From Balanoglossus misakiensis (lineage: Eukaryota; Animalia; Hemichordata), in NCBI GenBank assembly GCA_040954595.2, contig CM082583.2, forward strand, positions 4,703,374 to 4,767,373: a DNA stretch of 64,000 nt, in the 5' to 3' direction. A program made the position numbers and the translations under genes. Below the pieces are notes generated by a model. That model worked only from the letters and a program-made list of their open reading frames with translations. It searched no databases and was not told the DNA's origin. Of this stretch, positions 26,229 through 39,029 are shown piece by piece. Position 1 is the stretch's first letter. Each line of letters begins with the position of its first letter.

Positions 26229-28411
26229 GGTGACCAAAATTATTCTCTTCACACCAATGCCAGATTGCAGTTGGTGCAAGAAACGACATCGCAAGAAAGT
26301 CATCATTTTCCCCAGTTTATCAGTTTCCCTCAAGACATCCCTTCTTCCGTTCACTGAAAACCGATAATCATGTGCACCCTCTCTTACTGCTTGATTTGTA
26401 CGTAACATTCAGCTGTTTTCATAAGCACAGTTGAAAGGGAAAATGAGTAAGACTTGACTTTTCTGCAATTACAACAAGTATTTTCATTTAAGTTGATTTT
26501 GTATAATTCAGGGACCTTGGCAAATTTGTCCGGAGACATTACTGTATGCTTTTTGGGGAACATCTACATCTTCATATCAATTCAAAATGGCCGACTTTTG
26601 TATCGTACATTTGTATATCTGTTACTCGACACCACTGAACTGACAACTTCAAAGTTGGTACAAGGGCCGGCTAAAATTTACATTTGCTGATCTGTGCGTT
26701 GTGATGTTCATTTTAGTGTTCACTGTCTTTCCTTGTCCCAATGTACAAGGAGAGTGCATTTTATCTTACAAATTACATGCATTGAGTGATTTTGTTTTGA
26801 GGTGTGTTCCAACATGGCTATCTATAGATGGGTATAGCTGTACATATTTTGACGTTAAAACAGAGTTTTATATCGCGATGTTCATTTTACTTGTCTCACA
26901 CTTCTTCACTACAAGTAAGACATGTTTCTATGCATTTCTATGCATAATACTCAAGTTAAATACAGGGTTCGTAAATGTATTTTATACAGATTCGTATATA
27001 CATTTAATACTGAATCTTCAGAAATACATCACATTTTAATGATTTCTTTTAGATAGCAAGTTATAAAGATTTAAAAATATATTGTCAGCTCTATAGCTAG
27101 TCTAATATCTAGCAGGCATGACTTATCTGTGTTGACTTGTCAAATTTCAGTGTTGTACTTTAAAGTTAATATATACCAGCTGAAATTTTCATACAATGTA
27201 CGTAGATTTATACAAGAAATGTTTAGAAGTGAAAATGTGTATTTTTTAAACGGAAACCACTTTTTATGGTTCATGTTTGCATATTGTCTACCCATTCGAC
27301 TTGTGCCAAAGTCTTTCAAAAGTTTTCTTTATTCATATGATAGCTATGTGTGCCTCGAGTCTGGAAGTACTGTCTTTCCAGACTCTATATCTTCTGTTTT
27401 CTCTTCTGTGATAACGAAGTGAATAATCGGTATTAATTGCAATATGTTATAATGAGATAATTTCAGGTCGTCCATCATACACCTTGCAATCAGTTGGAGT
27501 CTGTACATTTGTGTTCATGTTTTCCGTCCACTCTGTTGTTTAATATGATCACATTGACTCACTTTTCAAATCAAATGAATGTTTTCATACTTTACTAGTC
27601 TTTATTTGTATATGAGTATATTTACATTTTTTCACAGTTTATCTTGTACATTTTCTTTTCCATAAAGTGTGCCTTTTACACACCCTATATTTTTAATATT
27701 TTATTTTATGTACAATTTCATAATTTTGATAAATATTTATCAAACCTTTTAATAAGTGGATTTCATAGTGAAGTATTGTAAATAATTGCAAGTACATGTA
27801 CATGTATTAAATATGTGTCGTACGAGATTGGAAACAATCGTTTCGAATGATGGAGGACATTGTGTGTGTTTTCTTTGTTTTGGTCCATATTTCTTTCGTA
27901 CAGGGTTTTTACCATTTATCACACCTAGCTGTGGTCAGAAAATGTAATGTACATTCAACAAAATGCAAATAACGTTTTTTAATAACAAACATTTTCCTTG
28001 AAATTTCTCACATGAACATTTAACTGTATGCTACCGGGTGTTTTGGATGTTTACAGTTAGATGGAAGGATAGCTGTGTGAGAATACAGTTTAAACTAAAC
28101 TCAACCTGTGTGCTTGACAACAAATATTGATATTGGTGCCATCAGTGGAGAGAAGAACGAAATGGTGTCGACTGTGACATCATCGTGATCATGTGCTTGA
28201 AATATTATATTCATACAGTACAGGTGGTGGAGGTATTTACATAGAGCATGCGTCATTCAGTGGAAGGACAAAGGCTAGGCGACTAGAATACACACGCACA
28301 TGCTCCATGGAACCTGATGGTCAAATGGGGTTGCACGATTTGCTGTAATGAGTCTTGCCGGTAGTGTTAACAGAATTTACGCGAATGAGTCGACGATTTA
28401 TTGTCAGTGAC

Positions 28412-28744
28412 ATGGTTGGACTGCCTGTGTGTCTGTTATCAGCGGTGTCCACTGCCCTCTTTCTGGCCGCCAGTGTTGTGGCCTATTTGGGCGGTCAGCG
28501 ACTCATCTTCGTAGTTTCTCTCGTGTTAACCATTGCCTCTGCCGTTTTCAACGTGGGCACGATAATATTGTGTACGAAACAGCGCAAAATTCACGTCCCC
28601 GCCGACGACCCTGAACTGCAGTGTTTAGAAGGTAGCACCGACGACCTCGCAGTGTCTGGACAGGACGGTGACTATATTGCCGAACTGGAAGGAGGCGGTG
28701 GTGGCGATGATGCCGCGATCGTCGCCCGCACTCCCGACGAGTGA
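28412..28744 (+). CDS. Small orphan membrane protein with two hydrophobic helices and an acidic tail, about 110 aa
   Basis: MVGLPVCLLSAVSTALFLAASVVAYLG and LIFVVSLVLTIASAVFNVGTIILC are followed by TKQRK and a D/E/G-rich tail. The ATG context is GACATGG, just after a possible acceptor TTGTCAG. An alternative in-frame ATG lies at 28385. Confidence 0.55.
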   Translation: MVGLPVCLLSAVSTALFLAASVVAYLGGQRLIFVVSLVLTIASAVFNVGTIILCTKQRKIHVPADDPELQCLEGSTDDLAVSGQDGDYIAELEGGGGGDDAAIVARTPDE

Positions 28745-29639
28745 CAATTATTCTGTACATTTTGAAGGTACGTATTAAACCAGGTGAAATCTTTGTCCCC
28801 GACAAAATAGAAAAGCTGATCCCCCGTCGACTGCTATCGGATGTTCAATGCGCCGTGCTGCCCGGATTATCGTCAGCTGGCGAGGACATCGACATTTCGT
28901 GTCGGCATCGCATCCACACGATCCAGTGATCGAGCAATATGGTACACAGTAGCAGATGAGGTCAAATGAAAATTGCGGTTTCTGTATCATTGATTGGATA
29001 CCGCGATCGGAGCAGAAAACCCAAGTCATCACTGATGTACATGTTCATCATGTACTGTTAGACGTGCATGATTTATCCTTCCACTTTATTTTCAGCGATC
29101 GACGACGTTACATATCCGTATATGGTGTGGTACTTAATACATCTTTGGAACAGAAAGTAGAATTGGTGAAATCAGATGACAACTTATACGGCCCTGGAGA
29201 AGAAAGGTCGGTGTAGACTACAGCAAGCGTATCTTCCCCGTCCCTGACAAACCGTGTCAACTTGGTTTCCATCACTGCATGAGAGAGACTATCTGTAGTG
29301 AATGCTATAGTTCAGCTCTTGTAATTTTCGAGGTTATTGAATTTAATTTGCACAATATATCATCATCATTAGATTCGATGTGCCAAATCGGGGCTAAAAT
29401 TGAAAATGCATGTGTACTTGCTCTTGATTATTGGCCAGAGAATGGAAGATGAGGATTCCGAGGCGGAAAGGGTTCAGGAACACACAAAAGAAACTTCCAA
29501 CACATTTTGAGATTGCCAACTTTTGTAGAGCACCATCAAGGTTAATGGAGTGGGGAGGAGAAAGTACTGAGACGATCTTGAAGAGTATAGCGTCGCGGCC
29601 GTTGACCATGGTGCATGGGGAAGTTCCTGCCCTTCTTGT

Positions 29640-32600
29640 CTAGTCAGCAATGATGGCCAATGCGTTAGTCGCAACCAGATCAGTGGCGTCCTGAAGCAAC
29701 GTCAACTGCAGATAAAAGAAACGGCAACTTTTAGTGTTTTGGTGTGGTGTTAGACTCAAAAAGACCTCGCGCGGCTAAAACATGCAAGGAAAGAATATTT
29801 AAATTTCTCTCAGCAAGAATGGGTAGACGTAGGGTAGACGATTCATGAACGGTTTTGATCAACTCAGCAAGTGCAAGCGACACAACGACCCTTTCGCTGA
29901 TCATGCAGGACTCCCACTTACGAATCTCTTCCTCATGCGAGCGTTCTGTTCTTCGCCGGGTGTATTAGAGTGTTTGCGATAAGTTAACAGCACCGGGTTG
30001 TTCAGCAGTGTATACGCCACCAGCCATCTTATCCGCGCCCGTTTCGATTTCCACTCGGCCTCCTCGTTGATCTTTCTCAGTTCAAAATCTGCAACAGAAT
30101 GACCCAAGTGGTTCTCATTTATACGCAATTAATCCTCACCACGAGACGTATACAAACGCTCGACGACAAAAAATATCGGCGAGATGGTGATATTTGATAA
30201 CTTGATTTTTTGGGGTGTTTGTTATCAAGTAGTTTCGTGTTCTCAGAAGAAAATCATGTATCGGGTGAAACCATTATTACTCCCTATACCTGAACTACAA
30301 AATTTAGGGAGTTGGTGAAAACATTTCAGATGATGCGCACACCCACCACTGCTGTCATCTCTAATTTACTAGTATATTACGCCAATATATTGTGATCTGG
30401 AGCGTGTCTCAGTGTTCTGACCATTAGTGGCGCGTGGATGACCATCTAAGTGAGCATCTACGACCAGCTATATCTCCGGTATACGCTGGTATATCTGCGG
30501 CTAGATTTGGGACCGCGTGAATGAACGGCCAAACTAGAAAATCAAAGCCTCCAAAAGATTAACCACATTACTGACCTTTTTCGCTAGTTTGCTCAACTTG
30601 TTCGCTCGGTGACAGACTCTTCTCTGAGTATACCCTCACACTCTCAACATCATCTGTTGTCGCCTGGTGAAATTCAGACAATTTCTTGTCGTTCACACAA
30701 TTCAAGAGAATGTCGGCAAATACTACCAAGACCGGGTGTGTGTGTTGCATCTCTACTTGCAGAAACCCAAGATAAGCTTTGTAGCCTGAAAAGGTATTGG
30801 AGAAAAAACTCAAAGTTTGGCGAAGTGGCGCGTAACATTTGTGCTTGGTTCGCGAAGGTAGTAAAACATACAATGCGATCTTTCGTTTCATTTAAAAGGC
30901 AAATTAGCTGTATTTTTTGTTATCTTTTCAGTTTCTGCTGACTTCTCCTCCTGTTTCTTGTTCTACAAACGCATAGCGAAAAATCTCAATAAAGATTCTC
31001 ACGAATATTCATAAGTCGAATGACCGAATCACAATTTCTTTACCGCTGTCTAACAGCTCCCATCCCTGGATGAGGAGACACCTGTCTGTTCGTCCCAGGA
31101 AGAGCAGACCGAAGATGACCGAGTAGATCACGCGAAGTAAACACGACCACAATCCCAGAATGATGTTGAAGTAGAACATTATGTATGTCATGACGTGAAA
31201 GGCTCGCCTGAAAGAGAATCACGGGAAGGTGTCAGTCGATGGCCAGGTCTACGTGAACAATAAAACTCGACCAGTACCACTGCATGCAATGTCTATATAT
31301 CGAGAGATATACATGTAAGATGAGACAAGTTCCATCGTGCGATCGCCACCTATGGAAACTTTAATGCAAGCCTATTCCCCGCTAACTCGCCTTTCCAGCG
31401 ATCAATACAAGACACACGAGACACCCCCAAAATGTAAAAATACCTGTTGTTGACAGCCAACGTTCGCCCTCTGTCTTGGAGAAAAAAGAATTTGGCCATC
31501 AGTATCTGCACGAGGCTGATCACGATGGCGAAGACGATCGATACCCTGCAATTTGGCGAGAAAGCGCGATATTTCAGGAAGGAAGGAATGTGACGTATTC
31601 GACCTATGTGGAGTTACAATGTGTATGCAAAACAAGACACAGAGCGCAAGTTAAGCTGGCACTCTTTCACTGAGTAGAACGAATTGTGCTATTTCTAGGT
31701 TAAAACTGAATATCATGATTAAATGTCTGGACTTCACCCACCAATACTCGCCGATGAGATACCAAATGACGGAGGAGTCTGTCCGTCCATCAATCCAGGC
31801 GTATATCAACCCATACACGATCACGACCATGAAGAGCCATAGAGTCAGCTGGGTCAAAAAGTAACCTGAAACATAAAAAGGCGCGGTTCATTAATACTTG
31901 ATTACAGAAGCAACATTTATATTTTACGGGTATAGAGTACGCACTTAATGTGCAATCACGTTTACTATATGCGTATTCAATGTATTTTATACTGTATATA
32001 CATTTTTAATGTCGACATAGCTTAAATTGTTTCAAAATCATAGTGACTCGGTTGGCTAAAACCTATTTATGTCGTCTTATCATCTTATTTACATACAAGA
32101 AGAGTAGATGTAACGTACCCCATAATATATATGCGAGCTGATATCCAGACCATTTGAATGTGTTGACCTGTGACGCCAAATCAATATTATTAATCCTTTC
32201 AGATAACTACATGTTCTGTAACACATTAGGTATACGGCTGGCCTCCGTCAGACTGCGCTTGCAACGACTGGACGAATAAAAAATATTGGGCGGTACGGCG
32301 GTAATATCAATCAAATTCCAAATATTTCTACCCTTTGATGGAATGAATAGTCAGACATTGGTATCACAACCGCAAACACGGTTCAATTTATTTTAATGTC
32401 ATCTCAGAGGAGCCTCTCTTTACTTTCTGAGTCGTAACGACGTACGCTAATATTATCTCCAACTTACCAGAAGTCCGGGTCCTATTGCTATTTTCTCGGG
32501 CCAAAATGATCGGTCGCCTCGATAGAGGCGACGCATATTTCGCCTGTATGTACCGAAGAAAAAAGAATCGCTTCCTTTAACTTTACATTGTTTTTATGTC

Positions 32601-32652
32601 ATATCATTATAATTGTCTTATACATTTTTGTACATGCACATTAATCACTTCA

Positions 32653-32685
<33 letters not shown>

Positions 32686-35600
32686 CGACTGCAAACCCGT
32701 CTGTCTGTCCACAGATCCCGAAAATCTTAAAATCGATGTAGATAGCTCTCTCACCTGTATACTACGATCATATGAAATATGTAAAAGTTACTTATCACCA
32801 GCGCAACTGCGGACGAGATGGAAAACGTAACTGGAGAAGAGAAGAGAAACGCATGCACGTTAACAAACATCTGAAAGAATTGTGGGTAATGGCGTAAACC
32901 GTGTTACCCAACAACAACAACAACAACAGCAGCGGCATCAGCAAAAACAACAATGACCAGGACACCTGATAATTTTTGAAAATTAGAACCCGTATGTGAA
33001 AACACGTAATATTATCTGGTACTCAAACACGGCCACGTGAAACTAAAAGTATCTCAAGACTTACTTGACACTGTATAGACTAATCTCTGTGTATGATAAA
33101 ATGTTTCACTTGCGTTGACGGTGTCAAAAAAATCCTCGGCCTCCCCGCCGTCTCGAAAGATGTGTGATACGTTGAGCAGCACATACTCTAAGGTCATTCG
33201 ATAACCGACATCAACCTGTAAAATACGAACAAGCCATATGTGATAGTCTCATATCTTATTCTCTTTAAAAATCAATATCCATGGGGTGTATCGTTTACTT
33301 TGAAAACTAGTTTATGTTGTCGTGATGTTTTTAATCAAATTGTAGGTATACCTTGCCTACAAGTTTGATTGCCTGTTGTGTCTTACCTCGTACAGTAGAA
33401 GTAAAGCTATGACCATGGTACAAACAAGTCTTCTGGAATATTTGAACCCTGGAGGTTAAAAAGAAAACTCATTTCTACGTTATGGTGACGTTACGTTCAG
33501 TTGATGGAAAGCCGGAGAAAATTAAGGATGATTATCGGTATATTGTCGAAGTGTCCATTAACCCTGTCATCAAGATCATGGTTTGATCCAAAGATAAATT
33601 GTTATTGAAATTCGCTACTCACCTGGCATATTTTTATAAAATAGATTTCTGAATCTCATTTTCCATGATATTTTCTCTGGTCTGGAAAGAGAAATCAGGT
33701 AATGTCGAATTATATTTCGTAAAAACTGTAAGTTTTGACTTTCCTGGCCTCAGGGATCTGGCAAGCTTGTCTGATGGCTTATATTCTCTTCCACGCGACC
33801 AGGCAAAACGCGTCCATTGTAAGACTGGCTGATAAAAAAAGAAGTACAAGTCGGCATGGTGCGCCTCCATGAGACGACTATTTCAATCCTACTTACGGAG
33901 GTTCGGGACGTTTGAAGAGCGACTTCACGTAAATACTGTCGTGGCTTGTCGACTGCAATATCCATACATTATTGGTGTCCTCCTTCGTCCCCTCGTCCTT
34001 TTCCCCATTTTCGATCTTCCTCTGATTGACGAAAATGAAATACCACGTTAAAAAATTGATGCGTTAGTGAATCCACGTATACAGAACTTTCCCGTTTCTC
34101 GTATCTGCACACATTCCTTACCTTTTGTCGCCATTCCTGAATGACACGCACGATTCCCCATATATAGCGTATACAGAGGATGTAGAAGCATACCAATTGT
34201 GGGAGGCCGATTAAGAAATACACCACGCCTTCCAACTGGAAAGGGAATAACAGGTAACCATAAGTAGACTTAGAGACTCGGAGCTCAGACAGTGTTAACC
34301 CTTCCCTTTTGGAACATTAATATATTGATTCATTTACGGTGTAAGGGATAAGGGCAGGGGAGGGGAATACTCATTTTTGCAGGTTTTCAGCACATTCTGT
34401 GGTCTATCCTGGGCTCTTACTGCAAGATCATTGTACCATTTGCTAGAAATCACTATTGTTCTCTTCATAAAAACTAAAATAGCACATACACTGTATTGCA
34501 ACGTTGTAGTAGACAGAGATTGTACCACAGTGACTAATTAGCTTTATTTACATATATGCGGCGTCACTTGGAAAAGAACGAGTACTTTCAGGCAAATGTG
34601 CGTTGTATGATGTAATCGTGACGTCACCAGAATGTGTAGTCGAGTGAATCAAGGATCAAATGGGCGCCGAACACAAACTTCAACTTACCCCTTGTGAAAC
34701 AGGGCATTGAAGGATTGAGTGTTGAAAATATGTCGTCCTAAATCAGAAAGAAAACACACATATTTCAAAGTGAAGCTTTACTCTTTACGAAATCTCTTGC
34801 ACAAAATGTTCTGAAATAATTCTCGTGTCCTATATTATGAACGAAGAAAAAACCTCGTGAATAAAGCCATTTGCGTGATCTGCAGATTGCCACAGCCAAC
34901 TCACCAGTAGGCACCGTATATTAGTCCCAGTATGTCTCCGATGAGTGGCCTTGGTGTTGATAGACACGAAAAGAACGGAGCGTACACGTAAGTAATCAGC
35001 AACACATTCGCAAATTGGACGCAGGTTTCGACAGCCCCTGGGATGAAAACGCAAACGGTATCATTCTCGAGTGCAATTGACTCATTTCAAAGTAAAATAA
35101 AGACTCAATATCTGACACCACAGACGAGGCTGATGTTTAGGCCTATTAGAATTAATTTAGCCTGCTTGGAACATGTTCTGAAATACTTCTAAAAGCGGCG
35201 AACGGGTCAGTGAGTTTAGCAGAATTTCATTTTCAATTTAAAAGTCGATAAAATTCAGGTAAAATTTGTCAACGTGACTCAGTTCATCTTCGCTAACTCA
35301 GCTATATTTATTTAGGGCGGGGGCCTCCCTCAATTCCCTGACTTTGCGGTCGCATTGTGAATCTCACGAACGCGCATGGATTCATGGGAGACAGCAAACC
35401 GGAACCAGACGACAGCACGGAACTGGCTGGGTTGTACACCAGAGACCGCGAAATACGAAGGACAAACTGGCCCTGTTTTCAAACCACGTCAAGCAGCCCA
35501 TCAGGAAGTTCTGTTCGGTAAGTGTTTACCTAAGTATGTACGTTCAGACTGAATTGCTTGCTTCGTATGATGCGCTTGGGTTGAGCTATTAGAATAGGCC

Positions 35601-37742
35601 TATTTCTTGCCCACTTGGACGCCGGAGCTCTCCTCTACAGCTTGGCCCTTGTTATCAGATATTCGAGTGTATATACAGCTTAGCCCGCGTTTTGCTAAAT
35701 GGTTTTAGGCACAGTCGCGAGGGAGCGACTATGGTTTTAGGCTACTGTAGGTGTAGCATAGGCTGTAGCGATGGCTGTTCAGTGTTGGGGACCTGACCGT
35801 GGTCTAATATCGTCACGGTCACGTTGTGTTGGTGTGCAAACAGGTGGTTGGTGCACAACTGGCCAGCGACTCCATGAGTGAGCAGCACTTCCGGGCAGCA
35901 CTGTGTGTCATGTCTGAATTCTGTGAATTATAACCAAGTGGGTTAACACTAGAAGAATTTCTGCGACTAGAGAAAAAAAACTAATGCGTGTATTTATGAC
36001 GTTTGCGCGGAGATTCAATGTTTTTCTAAATAGCTCGCGGCGATGTACCGCACTTCCGATTTGCGATCTCCCATGAATCCATGCTCGTTCGCATGTCTGT
36101 TTCACGTGCGCCATCATGCGGTTCAAAATGACCTATGGCAACTCAATCCCTTGCGTAGCCGGAACGGAAGAGACGGGTTCTGCCGTTGCTACTTGTTGTC
36201 AGACATGTAATTAATACGAAGATTAACGTAAAAAGTAGAGCAGCTAAGTAATTTGGATTCATCATAGGTAGTATCATCAGTGTTCTCTCCCCCCCCCCCC
36301 CCCCAATCAGGCCTACTAACGTTATAAACATGTGCAGACAAGGGGCAAAGATGCCTTTCCCGCACAATGCAACTTAATAGTTCGCTGATTATTTGTAGAG
36401 ATTATCAGCCGTATGTTTTCCACTCAAATGTGGTTATACAAAGTACTAGACTGTACGATAAAAGTCAACATATGTATAGTAGAGAGCCTAGCGCCTCGCA
36501 TTACCATATTGGAGTCACACAACCACGAAAAGAATTTGAACTGGAACTACTTTCACCTTGCGCCCATGTTGGAATGTCGCCGACGTCAAACTGCACGTAG
36601 TAGGAACCGGTGAACAGATCGATTATGGAGATGAGGGTGACACCGAACGCGGCCGCAAATCCGATCCGATCTTTGTATTCATCCAGGAGATTGACGGGAC
36701 TGTGGAATCAGATTCAGAACACTGTAAGTTTTTTTTAAAATCATACCCGCCGCATTTTCACATTTATGTGGGAAGGATAAGTGAAAGTGCACATATGCTC
36801 TTTACACCAAACTTACTATGCGATTCCCATGTGTATCGGGCAAAGTTTTCTGCACAATTTTGACTTCGATGTGAGGCTGTCCTTACAACTGGTGCAACGA
36901 TGATTTCTTGATATTGGAGTTTGGGCGAACGTGAGAATCAACATAATGACCGTCTGAAGAAAATAAGAAACAGATCAAAGCACTAGAGTATTGATTATAG
37001 TAGAACGCTGTATAGATTTAAAATGTTCGCAACATCAATAGAACGAATACTTTGTCGGAAAGGACCAAACCACGCGACTGTGGACCAATGATATCGGCCA
37101 CGCACTTTTATACCTGTTTCCAGACGACATTCACTAAGAAATCACGGAAAACAATAATTTGTCAGTTTGCCAAATGATGAAAACCACGAAGATAGACTCA
37201 CCGAGGGAAGGAAACTCCACGACATCCAAGTACCATAACTTAGCGACTCCTGACACGGCGTTTCAGTGGTCCTGCAAAAAAAACGCAAATGTAGCCACAG
37301 TCTAAGGAAAGTTGAGATCTAGCCAATCGCGGATTTTCTGGGGTTAGCCACGCAAAAAGAGCACCACCACGTGTTCTTTAGAAGACCCCAATCATGCCCC
37401 TTAAATCATGGATATACATGTATTTCAATTGGAACCTTGATAATGATTGAACACCATATTGAATAGCTCTATCTGTGCTAGGGAGGGGGGAATAAAACAA
37501 TATAGGCCTACTCACATAAATAAATATCTTTCTAAAACGAACATGATATTTTCGGCGAGTACGGTCCCGTCGACGTAGTCCCAACAACTTCGTAGGTAGT
37601 CTTCCGTCTCTTCTGTCATGTCATAATTTTTCTTCAAGTAAGCTTCGAGTTCATTCGGCGACAATGACTCGTAGCCATCGGGAAGTACGCCCAGAATAAC
37701 GTCAGTGACGTTACTACAGTAATAATCGGTTGTAGACGCCAT
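29640..37742 (-). CDS. STRA6L: STRA6-like (STRA6L/RBPR2) multi-pass membrane receptor, about 767 aa
   Basis: Twenty phase-consistent GT-AG exons: 37742-37516, 37271-37202, 36953-36817, 36699-36557, 35037-34905, 34737-34689, 34235-34122, 34021-33897, 33681-33623, 33448-33387, 33215-33065, 32830-32755, 32543-32468, 32167-32119, 31865-31742, 31545-31444, 31207-31044, 30785-30576, 30088-29922 and 29705-29640. Family motifs: PVNLLD...AAAFG, GFKYSRR, SGYQLAYILWGY, FFFLQD..LAVNNRRAF, GWELLDSGYKAYLGFL, HTHPVLVVF and RARIRWLVAYTLLNNP. Confidence 0.92.
32654..32709. repeat. (GTCT)n microsatellite
   Basis: Intronic tandem TGTC/GTCT units. Confidence 0.85.
35367..36091. mobile_element. TIR-bounded non-autonomous DNA element, about 725 bp, in STRA6L intron 4
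   Basis: CGAACGCGCATGGATTCATGGGAGA and TCTCCCATGAATCCATGCTCGTTCG form a 24/25 inverted match, with weaker pairing further inward. It helps explain why this is the longest intron of the gene. Confidence 0.6.
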
Positions 37743-39013
37743 CTGGGAAACCTGAGCATACATTTTGATTGTAAGTCTAAAGCGAGTCGTGGGTTCTGGA
37801 TCTGCTAGTGGAACCTTAGCCCTGCGTACAGGTCTGTGTGTTCCCGGCGTTACACGGCCTCCGTTTAATGCCGGGTACACACAGACCTGTACGCAGAGCG
37901 AGTGGGGCTTATCCATTTAGCGGATTTGTAGTTTGTTATAGGTCTTATGCGAAATAAATTTATTGTAAGGATTTACAGATTGCTGGCTTAAAAAACAACA
38001 CATCAGTTAGAAATGTCAAGAGATGAAATCGCCTCATTGTTAAAATGCTGGCTGAGGAACTTTTCTCTCGCCAAAATGGTGAACACTGGTTACCAGGGAA
38101 CTGGAATGAAAATATGCGGTGTTACGTCATCGGTATCATGACGTCACCAATACTTGAGAATACGAATAGCGGTCCCAGAACAGAACATTTCACAGTGAGG
38201 GCAACAGATAGAAAAGGGTATCGACTCATAAAAAACGCGCGGTGCACTGTTTGTCGGTTCGGTGTTCTCGAATCGTTTTGATTTGTGAAAGAAGAATCCC
38301 AAGTTACCTAATCACGGCTGGTAGATCTCAGGTAGATTGATTCACTCGGTCTACAGACAATCACAAACGCCGCACCCTGTTTTGAATGCAAACTACGCCA
38401 CAACAAAAACTGGGGTGTAATTTCATAAGCTTACATAATACATGTACGGAGGGACCGCGGTCAGTTTAAGCGAATCTGTGTTGATTTTGAGCTAATTCAA
38501 GTTTCGGCTGCTCTCAATGACTGATTTTGTGAACGGTTATCGATAGACTTTTCACAGCTCATTGTAAAACACAGCTCGTGTACATTTCTAGACCCTCTGT
38601 GACCACACATGGACAAATGTGCTCTTACCAACATTGGACGCCGAATGACCAGCGATGTCAAAACAACTCGCAACAGCTTCGCGTTCCCAGTGACTGAAAT
38701 AAAACGCACTTGGTTTAACGTCAAAGCTTGTTGTGCTCACGCGAAGAACCTTGTTGTCCTTTAGTCCTTTCTGTAAGCAGGCGGAGACTTGTACGTGAAC
38801 CTTTCAATCTAATCTTTGGGTTAATATTAAAACGATTTATTGAATAACCGGCGAATGTTTCTGATAGAGATCGCCACAAGCACATCTTCAACGTGAACGG
38901 TGTTCGACGCACCTGTAAGTCAACAGTCCACATCTACTATTATCATGCAGTAGGCGTGAAGTCGCCAAAACCTGTTCTGTTACGTTCTTCCCAAACTGGC
39001 CAATCTTGACGAC

Positions 39014-39029
39014 TGCGCCCTCTAGCGAC
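39014..39029 (-). promoter_or_regulatory. CTCF-like site
   Basis: The minus strand reads GTCGCTAGAGGGCGCA, about 1.3 kb upstream of the STRA6L start exon. Confidence 0.45.

Noticed and set aside
33750-33828. Alternative STRA6L exon after the acceptor TTTTTTATCAG
   Set aside because: The required phase reaches TGA with no donor. Exon 33681-33623 fits both the frame and the homology.
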